Shown here: one piece after another, positions 50,716 to 60,688 of the stretch | How the letters are laid out: every line of letters begins with the position of its first letter | Numbering within the stretch: position 1 is the stretch's first letter | NCBI GenBank assembly: GCA_963726255.1 | Contig: CAVSBL010000002.1 | Span: forward strand, 384,001 to 448,000 | Origin: Candidatus Bathyarchaeota archaeon | Lineage (GTDB): Archaea > Thermoproteota > Bathyarchaeia > 40CM-2-53-6 | Direction: 5' to 3' | DNA: 64,000 nucleotides | The notes under the pieces: generated by a model | What the model was told of the DNA's origin: nothing | What the model saw: only the letters and a program-made list of their open reading frames with translations | Database searches by the model: none | Translations under genes and position numbers: made by a program

Positions 50716-51126
50716 GTGTTGAGTGACTGGATCTTGTTGCCTTACGTAGGTTTTCTCGCATTGTTCTTGAGGGTTTGGGTGGGAGCCAACTTTGTTGGCC
50801 ACGGTTACCCCAAACTCGGTAAGAGTAGGCAACAGACTCTTCAGTGGACTAAGAGCCTCGGCGTGCCGTCAATCCTAACATACCTTGCGATAATTCTCGA
50901 ATTCTTCGGAGGCCTATCCCTAATCATAGGCTTCCTTGTCCCGCTAGTTGGGTTCTGCATCGCGCTCGAAATGGCTGGCGCTATAATCTTGAAGAAAACC
51001 AAAATGAAGGCCCCTTACATGGGACAGAACTCCTACGAGATTGACATAGTATACTTCATGCTCGGGATCGCGCTCGTGATTTTGGCCGCCGGCCCCCTCT
51101 CTATAGACGCCCTCCTACTTCACTAA
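50716..51126 (+). CDS. DoxX-family membrane protein
   Basis: LRVWVG..F..HGYPKL, EFFGG, GPLSID. Confidence 0.9.
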   Translation: MLSDWILLPYVGFLALFLRVWVGANFVGHGYPKLGKSRQQTLQWTKSLGVPSILTYLAIILEFFGGLSLIIGFLVPLVGFCIALEMAGAIILKKTKMKAPYMGQNSYEIDIVYFMLGIALVILAAGPLSIDALLLH

Positions 51127-51259
51127 GGCCACGTAGACTAGGAGAATGAAGGTGCGCTTATTGTTTCTCGGGCATAAACGGGGGAGACGGTAGTCGTCCA
51201 CAAATCTGATTGTAACCAGTTAGCAAAGTCGCGCTTTCAAAGTGGGTTAGAGTCCGAGG

Positions 51260-51883
51260 ATGAAGCTCTTCAAGTTTCAGTGGAAGGGCTGGAGACGTTT
51301 CATTTATGATTTTTTCGTTATTCAGGTTGGTTTTCTACTGTTTGGGTTATCGATCGATGTAATAGTTAATGCGAGTCTGGGCCTCGATTCTTGGGATGTG
51401 CTTCAAATGGCACTAACCTACCACATGCCAATAACTCTCGGGGAATCGAGTATTGGTGTCGCGGCTCTGATAGTGTTATTGGACATTATTCTGAAGGAGC
51501 CGTTAGGCTGGGGCACGATCGCGAACACGATTTTCATCGGCGTCTGGGTCGACATTCTCAAACCATACGTTCCTTCAATACCCCACCTGTTCTTACTGCA
51601 GGTCGGGTATCTTCTCCTTGGAACACTGATCATGGGATTTGCCACAGCGATCTACGTGGGCGTAGATGCGGGTGCGGGACCGCGAGATACCTTGATGCTA
51701 GCTCTGTCGAGGCTCGGGAGAACTAGCTTGCGGGTTGCACGGACATGCATAGAAATCACAGTGGTCGCGGTGGGCTGGCTCTTAGGGGGACCAGTGTGGC
51801 TTGGAACTCTAATTGCCGCATTAGCAATCGGACCAGCGGTTCAACTTGGATTCAAGATCCTAAGAGTCCGAACAACTTTCTGA
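51260..51883 (+). CDS. YczE/YitT-family membrane protein
   Basis: LGLDSWDV, GAGPRDTLM, GWLLGGPV.LGT. Confidence 0.88.
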   Translation: MKLFKFQWKGWRRFIYDFFVIQVGFLLFGLSIDVIVNASLGLDSWDVLQMALTYHMPITLGESSIGVAALIVLLDIILKEPLGWGTIANTIFIGVWVDILKPYVPSIPHLFLLQVGYLLLGTLIMGFATAIYVGVDAGAGPRDTLMLALSRLGRTSLRVARTCIEITVVAVGWLLGGPVWLGTLIAALAIGPAVQLGFKILRVRTTF

Positions 51884-51948
51884 GCCAAAATCGGAATGAG
51901 ATTACCTGCTTGAAACTTGAACAAAGGCAATGTTGGATTCCTGGATTC

Positions 51949-53544
51949 CTAAAGGGATGTGGGGGACGGAGGTCGCTGGCGACGTGTACTACGCAGAACT
52001 ATGCCGAGCACAAGAACAACAAAGACAAAGATGACTATCGCCGCGGAGACTAAAGTTAGGCTAGTTCCAATTGGGGTCGTTGAAGGTTGCGCTGTAATCT
52101 GGACTTGAACCATGCTCCAGATCGCAACTCTTCCTATATCAATTCCTAAACCGAGTGTGTAGTTACCTGGCTTTGTAGTTGTTGATATGAACAGTTCAGC
52201 CTGTGCGCTGGTACTAGTTGGGCCAGCCAGTGATGGATATTGAGATGAGAACGAGACAGAACCATCTAGCGGAGTGTATGAAGACCATGAGCTTCTCAGT
52301 GTCCCGTTGCCAACTATGTCCTCAGAGGTTTTTGTCAGGAGGGAAATGGTTGTTTCATCACCGGGACTTAGCCTAAGGTACTTTTCAGAGACGAGTATGG
52401 ACACTGGGATGGATAGATTAGATTGTACCACACCTATTTTGTTGGCGCTCCACTCGGTGAACCAGATATCGCCGTTAGGTGCCAGCGCTAACCAAAGACA
52501 GGTACTGAGCGGGCCTGTCGGTATCGGAAATTCAACCATCGCGTAGTCTTTCGTATTTAGGTATCCTACACTGTTGCCTCCATGTTCTGTAAACCAAACC
52601 TTCCCATTGGAATCAATCAACAGGTCGTTCACCAACGATATCGGGTAGATGTCCTCGGGCGGAAAGTGAGTCGGGTACTTCACGATGTCGTGTGTCGCTG
52701 GATTGAATTCGACTATCCAGTTGCCACCGTGATCGGCAACCCATACGTTGCTTTGACCATCTACCGCAAGCCCGACTGGGGAGGATACAATTTGAGATGC
52801 AGTTGGGTTTCCCAATGGGTATTCTGTGAAGCTTTGATTTTCAGGGAAGAATTCACCCAGATTTTTCGCATAAGTTTCCGTGAACCATAAGGCGCCGTTT
52901 CTGTCAAAGGTTAAGTCTGCGGGGCCAGACGCATTCGTTGGAACGAGGTATTCCGTTAACTGTTTCTTGTTTTGGTCATAGAATCCGATCTTATTTCCCA
53001 GAAGCTCTGTGAACCAAATCCTATTCTGATCATCAACGATAAGCCGCATAGGAAATGAGCCGACTGTAGGGACGTCCACGGATGTGAAATTGTTTCGGGT
53101 CGGGTCAAACCGGACAAGTCGCCCGTTGCCTCCGAATACAATTGATCCGCCAGGGCCCACCGAGCCTTGTCCAGAATACTGTGTTAACCAGACGTTGCCG
53201 TTGTGATCTAGAGTCACTCCCCACATATCCCCAACTCCTGGCACGGCATACTCGGCGAATGAGTTGGTTACGGGGTCGAACTTTGCTAGCTTGCTAGCGT
53301 TCGATTCAGTAAACCACACCAAGCCATTTGCATCGACCGTGATGGCTAAAGGTGCCGACGCGGCTGTGGGAACAGAATACTCATTGATATATTCCGGCAA
53401 TGCCGCGGAAGCGGCTAGGGGGTTTGATGCATAGGTCGGTAATATTAGCAGAAAAACCAGCAGGCCTATGCAGACCAAGGACAACAAATTGCTCTGGATA
53501 TTCTTTTGAGACAAGTATGAAACTTGCAAGGGACGAAGGCTCAA
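51949..53544 (-). CDS. Surface-anchored Vgb-like (streptogramin lyase fold) beta-propeller protein
   Basis: Repeated D..G.VWFTE...KIG blades; signal peptide; C-terminal TM with basic tail. Confidence 0.85.
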   Translation of the reverse strand: MSLRPLQVSYLSQKNIQSNLLSLVCIGLLVFLLILPTYASNPLAASAALPEYINEYSVPTAASAPLAITVDANGLVWFTESNASKLAKFDPVTNSFAEYAVPGVGDMWGVTLDHNGNVWLTQYSGQGSVGPGGSIVFGGNGRLVRFDPTRNNFTSVDVPTVGSFPMRLIVDDQNRIWFTELLGNKIGFYDQNKKQLTEYLVPTNASGPADLTFDRNGALWFTETYAKNLGEFFPENQSFTEYPLGNPTASQIVSSPVGLAVDGQSNVWVADHGGNWIVEFNPATHDIVKYPTHFPPEDIYPISLVNDLLIDSNGKVWFTEHGGNSVGYLNTKDYAMVEFPIPTGPLSTCLWLALAPNGDIWFTEWSANKIGVVQSNLSIPVSILVSEKYLRLSPGDETTISLLTKTSEDIVGNGTLRSSWSSYTPLDGSVSFSSQYPSLAGPTSTSAQAELFISTTTKPGNYTLGLGIDIGRVAIWSMVQVQITAQPSTTPIGTSLTLVSAAIVIFVFVVLVLGIVLRSTRRQRPPSPTSL

Positions 53545-53631
53545 CTACATAAACAAACCTAGCTTAGGCCGTTTGTAGCGTTGATTTAAGTTATAGAATT
53601 CGGACGCTGGATGCCGAGATGGGTCGTAGTC

Positions 53632-54423
53632 ATGAGTCAGATATTGAAGATCGTCCGGGAAAGACAATCGTCGAGGGTTCCCTTCGAACCGGAGCGCTCT
53701 GTAGCTAAACAAGACTTGAAGCAAATCCTCGAGGCGGCGCGCTGGGCACCCACTGCCCACAACATGCAGAACTTCGAGATCATCGTAGTGGACAGCAAGG
53801 AACTTCTGGAGAAGATAGGAAACATCAAGTCTCCGATCTCGGAAGCGTTCATCAGAGAGAATTATCAGCAGCTCTCCTTCTCGAAAGATGAGTTTCTTCA
53901 AAACAAAGTTGGAATCCTAGCCACTATGTTTCCTCCGGAATGGAGGGATCCCGCTAAGGTGGACGAAGTCCTTTGTGAAAGCAAGTCCTGGTTGCTGAGC
54001 GAAACCATGGAAGGTAGTCCAATCGTTCTGATCGTGATCTATGACCCTGGGAAGAGGGCACCCGCTTCAGAGGGGGATTTTCTGGGTATTATCAGCCTAG
54101 GTTGTGTTATGGAAAACATGTGGCTCGTTGCCCAGGACCTGAGAATCAGTTTTCACGTAATGAGTGTCTTCAGCACGGACCTTGTGGAAAACGAGTTGAA
54201 GCGACTTCTCAGTATCCCCCAATACATGAAGATTGCATTTGCCATCCGCTTGGGATACCCCGTCTCTACGTCAGCTAGATACCTGAGAGTGCGCCGTGAT
54301 CTTGAGACGTTCGTCCACGATAACAGGTTTGGAAATGAATGGCCTACGTCCTCTTACACGCCATCGTCCCTTAGTAAACGTGCGGCTTCTCACTCGAAGA
54401 AAAAACATTCAGTACGCAACTAA
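53632..54423 (+). CDS. Nitroreductase-family protein
   Basis: RQSSR, ILEAARWAPTAHNMQ, MENMWL, LGYP. Confidence 0.9.
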   Translation: MSQILKIVRERQSSRVPFEPERSVAKQDLKQILEAARWAPTAHNMQNFEIIVVDSKELLEKIGNIKSPISEAFIRENYQQLSFSKDEFLQNKVGILATMFPPEWRDPAKVDEVLCESKSWLLSETMEGSPIVLIVIYDPGKRAPASEGDFLGIISLGCVMENMWLVAQDLRISFHVMSVFSTDLVENELKRLLSIPQYMKIAFAIRLGYPVSTSARYLRVRRDLETFVHDNRFGNEWPTSSYTPSSLSKRAASHSKKKHSVRN

Positions 54424-54692
54424 GTCTGCTTCGCGTTAGTGGCGGTCGTCTGGTTTCTTGCTTCCTTAATCTCCGCCTTGACCCTTTCCCGCGTCAGTCC
54501 CGCTGACATAGCGCTCCTGAAAATCTCTCTTCTCAACTCGTTGCAGGAATCTCTCAGTGCAAGATAGCGCAGTGAGTTTTCGCCGTTGCCATTCTTAATT
54601 TCCTCGAACAGGCCGTCACACTCGTTTTCCTGTTCAGCTAAGCTATGGATTCTGTTGTCGAACTCATCAAAACCTGTCGTCATCGCAATCAC
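54420..54692 (-). CDS. Small helical hypothetical protein
   Basis: 90-aa open frame; TTTATA box upstream on the minus strand. Confidence 0.55.
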   Translation of the reverse strand: MIAMTTGFDEFDNRIHSLAEQENECDGLFEEIKNGNGENSLRYLALRDSCNELRREIFRSAMSAGLTRERVKAEIKEARNQTTATNAKQT

Positions 54693-54869
54693 AGCTCCAT
54701 CGGGGTGGTCGGTATAAAGTACTTAGGCCAACTAGAATCGCAGAAACAGGGGAATCATTGTTTCAGGTTGCCGTGAAAGCTGCTATCGGCCGTCATCTTT
54801 GCATCATTTCTTCCTGTTGATGCGTTGGCTGGCATTTTGGATGGTCTTTTCTCTCGGTCTGTATGAGTT

Positions 54870-54892
54870 TGCGCACCAGCCGACCCACACAC
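54870..54892 (-). repeat. Dispersed intergenic repeat, copy 1
   Basis: Minus strand GTGTGTGGGTCGGCTGGTGCGCA. Confidence 0.7.
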
Positions 54893-54917
54893 GAGCATAT
54901 CCATGAAACAAAGCTCG

Positions 54918-55514
54918 CTAATATGTTATCAGAATCTTCTCTTCAAGCGTTTCTTGAAGCTTCGCGACTGCTCGGTGAACCTCCCCCTCCTTCTTCGCAC
55001 CAGTGCAAACGAGTTTTCCACTGGCGAAAATCAGAATCACGGCCTTTGGGTCATCCATTCGATAGATCAGACCCGGAAACTGTTCAGGCTCATACATGGT
55101 GCGTTTCAGTGAGTAAGTTACCTTTTCCAAATCAATATGGCCGCCTAATCCTGCCGAAGCCACTATATTTTGAACCTGAATCTCAGGCTTACCCAGAATG
55201 ACGATCCCCATACGGTTGAGCTCGTCCACAACTTTCATAACGGCCTTGCGAGCCTGCCGCTCCGACTTCGCCCCAGTACATACCATTTTACCCGAGGTGA
55301 AGATCAACGTGGTGGCCTTCGGTTTTTTCAATCGATATACTAAGCCCGGAAATTGCTCAGGCCTATATTCTACGCCAGGGCACGCACGTACGATAGAGTT
55401 CAAATCAACATTCTGATGGAGAGTTCCTGTCGCGACCACGTTCTCGATGTTGATGAACGCTTTCCTTCCAGGCCGAGGTGCCACCACAGGTAAGCTCGCT
55501 ACATCAACGTTCAT
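54918..55514 (-). CDS. tbp: TATA-box-binding protein
   Basis: Two repeats of NVVA/NIVAS...Y.PEQFPGL.YR...LIF.SGK.VCTGAK. Confidence 0.97.
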   Translation of the reverse strand: MNVDVASLPVVAPRPGRKAFINIENVVATGTLHQNVDLNSIVRACPGVEYRPEQFPGLVYRLKKPKATTLIFTSGKMVCTGAKSERQARKAVMKVVDELNRMGIVILGKPEIQVQNIVASAGLGGHIDLEKVTYSLKRTMYEPEQFPGLIYRMDDPKAVILIFASGKLVCTGAKKEGEVHRAVAKLQETLEEKILITY

Positions 55515-55558
55515 GAAAACTTCAACTAGATATTCCCTACATCAATGTTCATGAGAAC
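55499..55558. repeat. 22-bp direct repeat (2 mismatches) at the tbp 5' end
   Basis: CTACATCAACGTTCATGAAAAC (55499-55520) and CTACATCAATGTTCATGAGAAC (55537-55558). Confidence 0.75.
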
Positions 55559-55660
55559 GAAAACCCTTGCAACACTCAACGCCAATCTATTGTACTCCAC
55601 CTTAAGTGAGTATCTACAAACATCCAGACTCAACGTGACAAGAACTCGTTGAACCGTGAG

Positions 55661-55687
55661 GTGTGTGTGGGCCTAGTGGTACACATG
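55661..55687 (+). repeat. Dispersed intergenic repeat, copy 2
   Basis: GTGTGTGTGGGCCTAGTGGTACACATG. Confidence 0.7.
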
Positions 55688-55740
55688 CTCTAAGGTTTCT
55701 TTATCTACGTTTTATAACACATTATCCAGTTGTTCTGCAT

Positions 55741-56913
55741 ATGAGACATGTTTTTGACATTACCATCGTAGGCGGCTCATTTGCCGGCATCAAGTCTGCG
55801 TGGGACTTACGGAACAAGATTCCTCGCCGCCACAGGATAACCCTGATTTCCGATAAGTCTAAGACGATAATTCGAGCCTCCTTCCCGCGAGTAGTCTTCG
55901 AGGATGTCCCTCTCGAAGAACTAGCGTTAGATTTGGCTAAGAATTTCAAAGGCACGGGCATCGAGTTTATCCATGATCGTCTTGTAAGGATTGATCAAAA
56001 CGATAACCAGATCATTACAGCTGAAGGCAAGCACAAGTTTGACTTTCTAGTCGTCGCCACAGGCGCGCGCCAAGCCTACGAACTTCTTCCCGGCAGTCAT
56101 GAATATGCCAGGTCCATATGCGACCCATCCCAAATTTTGGAGACAAAGAAGGCTATCCTGAATTTTCGAGAAGGCGATTTCTATTCTGGAGTAGGAGCAG
56201 GCTATACACCCTGCGACGGCCCTCCTCTAGAAATGCTCATGGGCCTGGATCACCGCTTACGCAAGCTGGGCTCCCGCGATAAAGCCCAACTCAACTTCAT
56301 CACAGACAAGGAGAAGGTTCTGCCACCAGGCGGACCGACAATTTGGGCGTACCTAGAAAACCTCTTCAAGAAACGACGGATCAATGCTCTGCTCGGCGTT
56401 GAGCTTACAAGGCTTGACGCCGATTATCTCTACTTTGCAGACGGCTCGAAGAAACCCTACGACCTCTGCTTACTAATACCGCCTTACCGCGGCGTTAAGG
56501 AAGTGGAGGACTCTGGCCTAACAGAAGAGCTAGGTTTCATTCCGGTCGAACAGAACACCATGCGTGCCCAAAAATCTGAAAACTCGAACATCTACGCCGT
56601 AGGAGATGCCGCCGCGATCCCTGGCCCCAAGCAGGGGCACCTCGCGCTCATGCAAGCAGGCGTCGCAGCAGCTCACATCGCTTGGCGCATCAACAAGAAG
56701 GGCGAGGTACCAAGCTACATACCTGAATTCAAGTGCGTCATGTATCTTGGCGGTGGAAAAAGCCTGCAATTATACTCGCAATGGATGTCCGACGGCGACG
56801 TTCAAATAGCAAAAGCCAGCCATCAAGCTGAACTTTCCAAAATCAAATTCGAAAAACTCTTCTTCAGCCGCCGCGGTAACATCGGTGAACTTCATAGAAA
56901 AATGATAAAGTAG
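55741..56913 (+). CDS. Sulfide:quinone oxidoreductase-like flavoprotein
   Basis: IVGGSFAG, LVVATGA, PCDGPPLE, IYAVGDA, PKQGHLA, FKCVM. Confidence 0.8.
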   Translation: MRHVFDITIVGGSFAGIKSAWDLRNKIPRRHRITLISDKSKTIIRASFPRVVFEDVPLEELALDLAKNFKGTGIEFIHDRLVRIDQNDNQIITAEGKHKFDFLVVATGARQAYELLPGSHEYARSICDPSQILETKKAILNFREGDFYSGVGAGYTPCDGPPLEMLMGLDHRLRKLGSRDKAQLNFITDKEKVLPPGGPTIWAYLENLFKKRRINALLGVELTRLDADYLYFADGSKKPYDLCLLIPPYRGVKEVEDSGLTEELGFIPVEQNTMRAQKSENSNIYAVGDAAAIPGPKQGHLALMQAGVAAAHIAWRINKKGEVPSYIPEFKCVMYLGGGKSLQLYSQWMSDGDVQIAKASHQAELSKIKFEKLFFSRRGNIGELHRKMIK

Positions 56914-56954
56914 AATCCGCAGTTACTCAGCCTCCAACCAATCGCGTTAATGAT

Positions 56955-58451
56955 ATGGCAGAACAAACGAGCAACGACCAGTGGCGTGGGAGTGGCCGAA
57001 CCTTAGCGAGTGATGTTGGGGCTTCGAATTACAAGTGGACTGTTCTTCTGATCACTACGATTGGGGCTTTCATGGCGCCGTTTGATGGCAGCGTAGTGAC
57101 AATCGCGATTCCCGCCATCGCCTCCTCGATCAGGCTGGGATTGGAGGCGGCGGTTTGGATTCAACTAGCCTACCTTCTCTTTTTGACAGTGCTTTTGATT
57201 AATGCGGGTAGGCTGGCCGACCTTCATGGAAGGAAACGGTTCTACACGCTCGGGTTCATCATCTTCACCGTCGGATCGGTGCTTTGCGCGCTGTCCACGA
57301 CAGATCTACAGCTAGTATCTTTCAGAGCCTTACAGGGGTTGGGGGCGGCGTTCATTTCCGCTAATAGTCCCGCAATCGTAACCGACACGTTTCCCCGGGA
57401 AGAACGCGGTAAAGCATTGGGCATCAACACGATGGCAGTATACACCGGGCTCATGGTTGGCCCTGTGCTCGGAGGTGTTCTGGTTCAGAATTATGGTTGG
57501 AGGTCGATCTTCTTCGTGAACGTCCCAATTGGGATCGTAGTAGTTGCGTTAACCACTCTCAAATTGAAAGAGAATATGCCTGACGAGAGGGGGACAGGAT
57601 TTGACCTTCCGGGCGCAGCAACGCTCTCCTTAGGATTAGCCTCGACGCTAGTTGTGCTGACGCTCGGTGGTGTGTTTGGTTGGGTTTCAGCACCCAGCAT
57701 CCTGCTAGCTGGGCTGAGCGTTGTCATGCTGCTGTTGTTCTGGCGAATTGAGACAGGGCTAGTCCGGTTTCCCACGTTGGATTTGTCGTTGTTTACGCGG
57801 AACCGGTTGTTTGCGGCAGCGAATGCGACCGCTTTTCTGAGTTATGTTGCGGTGAACGGGGTCACGTTGACGATGGCGATCTACTTGGAGAGTATCAAGG
57901 GCCTAGGCCCGCAGACTGCGGGCTTATTCCTGATTGCGCAGGCTACGCCAATGGCTTTGCTTTCCCCGTTGAGTGGTTGGCTCTCAGACCGGTTTGGGTC
58001 GAGAGTGCTGTCAACGTTGGGTATGGGCATTGTAAGTATGGGGTTGTTATTGTTTTCAGAGTTGAATGCGACGTCGTCGGCGTTGGATACGGTCTTGAGG
58101 CTTGTGGTGGTTGGGGTTGGGTTTGGCTTGTTCTCGTCCCCCAACACGAGTGCTGTGATGGGTTCTGTGAGGCAGGAGAAGTTGGGGGTAGCGGCTGGAA
58201 CATTGGGTACAATGCGTTTCATGGGCCAGTCGATAGGATTGGCATTGCTTGGGATGGTTATGGCGGCCACATTGCCGTCCCAGGCTTTGCTCGCGGTTTT
58301 CGCTGGGCTCACCTCACAAGGCGGCTTGACAGTTAGCGAGTTTGTTGTGGGGATGAGGGACTTCTTCCTGATAGCTGCTGGAATAGGAGCAATTGGAACG
58401 CTAGCGTCAACGACCAGAGGTCAAGAAAACACATCGAATGCGGAAGATTGA
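56955..58451 (+). CDS. MFS drug:H+ antiporter (DHA2, 14-TM)
   Basis: GRLADLHGRKR, FRALQGLG, ERGKALG, WRSIFFVNVPIG, FSSPNT. Confidence 0.93.
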   Translation: MAEQTSNDQWRGSGRTLASDVGASNYKWTVLLITTIGAFMAPFDGSVVTIAIPAIASSIRLGLEAAVWIQLAYLLFLTVLLINAGRLADLHGRKRFYTLGFIIFTVGSVLCALSTTDLQLVSFRALQGLGAAFISANSPAIVTDTFPREERGKALGINTMAVYTGLMVGPVLGGVLVQNYGWRSIFFVNVPIGIVVVALTTLKLKENMPDERGTGFDLPGAATLSLGLASTLVVLTLGGVFGWVSAPSILLAGLSVVMLLLFWRIETGLVRFPTLDLSLFTRNRLFAAANATAFLSYVAVNGVTLTMAIYLESIKGLGPQTAGLFLIAQATPMALLSPLSGWLSDRFGSRVLSTLGMGIVSMGLLLFSELNATSSALDTVLRLVVVGVGFGLFSSPNTSAVMGSVRQEKLGVAAGTLGTMRFMGQSIGLALLGMVMAATLPSQALLAVFAGLTSQGGLTVSEFVVGMRDFFLIAAGIGAIGTLASTTRGQENTSNAED

Positions 58452-58487
58452 AAGGCGATTCTACGGGGGAATCTGAGAATGCGTGAA

Positions 58488-58513
58488 TGCGAGCACCAGT
58501 TGTACCACGCACA
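58488..58513 (-). repeat. Dispersed intergenic repeat, degenerate copy 3
   Basis: Minus strand TGTGCGTGGTACAACTGGTGCTCGCA. Confidence 0.45.
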
Positions 58514-58559
58514 TATTTTTGACGGCGAATGACGACGGTTGGAACGGGAATTTGCCTGT

Positions 58560-58780
58560 AAGATGTCGTTCGGATTTCTAGTTCTATGTTTGATTAGTGC
58601 ATAGGCGATTGTCATGAAGACTGCGAGTAAGGGTAGACCGTAGGGATATTCGGGTATTGCATTATTGGTTGCCGTGAAATTCACGCATGAACTCTGTGGA
58701 ACAGATTCGGGTCCCTGATACGGGTAACTGTTGTCAAAGGCATAGACGCTGTACATGCCTGCAGGAAATGGTCTTCGCAT
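58560..58780 (-). pseudogene. 3' fragment of a surface-protein gene with a PEF-CTERM-like sorting signal
   Basis: IPEYPYGLPLLAVFMTIAYALIKHRTR tail with no signal peptide or N-terminal body; boundaries approximate. Confidence 0.55.
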
Positions 58781-58823
58781 GTGCGTATCAGTTGTACCTC
58801 ATCTTCGGTGACTGTCATCTTAT

Positions 58824-58850
58824 TGTGTGCGCACCATTAGACCCCGCACA
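58824..58850 (-). repeat. Dispersed intergenic repeat, copy 4
   Basis: Minus strand TGTGCGGGGTCTAATGGTGCGCACACA. Confidence 0.8.
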
Positions 58851-59114
58851 AAAATCCCGAATATACCTGAGAAACCTTAGCCTAAGAGTCAAGCGTGAGA
58901 ATGTAAGCCTGCTAGGGACGAGGCCCCTGACTTCGTTCGATCGAGATTGGGTTGAGGCGTGTTAACACTCATCATAATCCCGGAGATAACGCACGACCTC
59001 GAAATGAGGGCCTACATCATGCAGATGGCCCATCTCGGTATGGAACACGCACGTTCTATATGAGGTACATTGATATACCTACATCCATGCCATATACTAC
59101 TGAGAGTCGAAAAT

Positions 59115-60560
59115 ATGCAAAGAAAACAATTAGCATACACAGCCGCATTCATCCTACTTCTAGCCCTCCCATTTCTGTCAATTCCATCACTCACAGCGCC
59201 CCAGCAATCAAACCTCCAGTTCGAACCACTCATACTCTTAGCCCCCGACGACGCCCAATACCCAACCGTCGGCCCATTCGCGTGCACAACACCAATCCCA
59301 GTCCGCTACTCAACCTCGTTCCACTGCTACAACCCCGCCAACATAACCGAAGCATACGGCGTCGATAGCCTCCACGCAGCCGGAATTACAGGAGCAGGCG
59401 AAACAATAGTCATAGTCGACGCGTATGGCAGCCCAACCGCACAGAACGACCTAAACTTCTTCAGCACCACCTTCGGTCTCCCAAGCGCCAGCCTCACCAT
59501 CGTCTACCCCGACGGCACCCCAACCTGGAGTCCGTCTGCGATGAAAGGCGTCAAGGTCAACTGGGCCGTGGAAACAAGCCTTGACCTGCAATGGGCCCAC
59601 GCCATAGCCCCGGGCGCTAAACTAGTCCTCATCGCAACCAACCCAGCAGAGACACAAGGCGTGCAAGGATTCCCGAACATGTTCAAAGGGATCCAATACG
59701 CCATCAACAACTATCCAGGCTCAGTCGTAAGCCAGAGCTTTGCCGCTACCGAGCAATCGTTCCATTCAGCAGGCGACGCAATAATCCGACAATTCGACAA
59801 AGTATACCAACAAGCCGAAGCTAACTATGTGACCGTCATTGGGGCCTCAGGCGATAGCGGTACAGCGAACTCCATAGGCGGCCAAGGCGCGTCCACACCC
59901 AAACCACTCGCCTACCCAACAGTCAATTGGCCATCCTCCGACCCGCTAGTAACCTCCGCAGGCGGAACATGGCTTCAATACAACTGGACATGGACCCCAA
60001 CCTCGCCGACAGACCTAACCTACGCCACAACACCCGGCTCAAAGACTGAAGCCGTATGGAACGAACCATTCCTGCCCGCAGCGACCGGCGGCGGACTCAG
60101 TACACTATTCTCAAAGCCATCATTCCAATCAAGCATACCTTCCAGCCTATTGAACGGCCAACGCGGATTACCGGACCTATCATGGAACGCAGCAGTTGAC
60201 GGCGGAGTCCTAGTCTACACAAGCTTCCCAGGATTGGGAACCGGCTGGCACATAGTAGGTGGAACCAGCGCAGCCTCACCACAACTAGCAGGCCTAATCG
60301 CCCTCGCAAACCAGAAAGCTGACATACTCGGCAAGAGCCACCACGTCGGCTACCTCAACCCAATCCTTTACACATTGCCAGCCTCCGACTTCAACGACAT
60401 CATCCCACAAACCTTCGGCAGCGTAACAATAGACAACAATTCGCTATACGGCTCAGGCGTCGCAGGCTACTCAGTGACGGTAGGATACGACCTCGCCACT
60501 GGATTCGGAAGCCCGAACGCAGCCAACTTCGTCAACGACCTCGCCAACGCACTACCCTAG
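59115..60560 (+). CDS. Secreted S53 (sedolisin/kumamolisin-like) peptidase
   Basis: IVIVDAYG, ETSLD (ExxxD), ASGDSG, GGTSAASP, GYLNP, GYDLATGFGSP. Confidence 0.92.
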   Translation: MQRKQLAYTAAFILLLALPFLSIPSLTAPQQSNLQFEPLILLAPDDAQYPTVGPFACTTPIPVRYSTSFHCYNPANITEAYGVDSLHAAGITGAGETIVIVDAYGSPTAQNDLNFFSTTFGLPSASLTIVYPDGTPTWSPSAMKGVKVNWAVETSLDLQWAHAIAPGAKLVLIATNPAETQGVQGFPNMFKGIQYAINNYPGSVVSQSFAATEQSFHSAGDAIIRQFDKVYQQAEANYVTVIGASGDSGTANSIGGQGASTPKPLAYPTVNWPSSDPLVTSAGGTWLQYNWTWTPTSPTDLTYATTPGSKTEAVWNEPFLPAATGGGLSTLFSKPSFQSSIPSSLLNGQRGLPDLSWNAAVDGGVLVYTSFPGLGTGWHIVGGTSAASPQLAGLIALANQKADILGKSHHVGYLNPILYTLPASDFNDIIPQTFGSVTIDNNSLYGSGVAGYSVTVGYDLATGFGSPNAANFVNDLANALP

Positions 60561-60581
60561 CCTTGAAAAAAGGCCAGCAAC

Positions 60582-60606
60582 TCTCCCTTCCCTTTCTTTC
60601 TTTTCC
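60582..60606 (+). terminator. Pyrimidine-rich terminator candidate
   Basis: tctcccttccctttctttcttttcc after the S53 stop. Confidence 0.5.
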
Positions 60607-60688
60607 AGATCGCGATCTTAACCTCACGGTTGAATCGTACCTTCGCGGTGTATCTTGATTTGTATGATTGCTAGTATCTTTCGGAAAC

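Noticed and set aside
55652-60631. 11-bp inverted match (AACCGTGAGGT / ACCTCACGGTT) bracketing the SQR-MFS-S53 block as element ends
   Set aside because: Too short to exclude chance; no target-site duplication or transposase seen.
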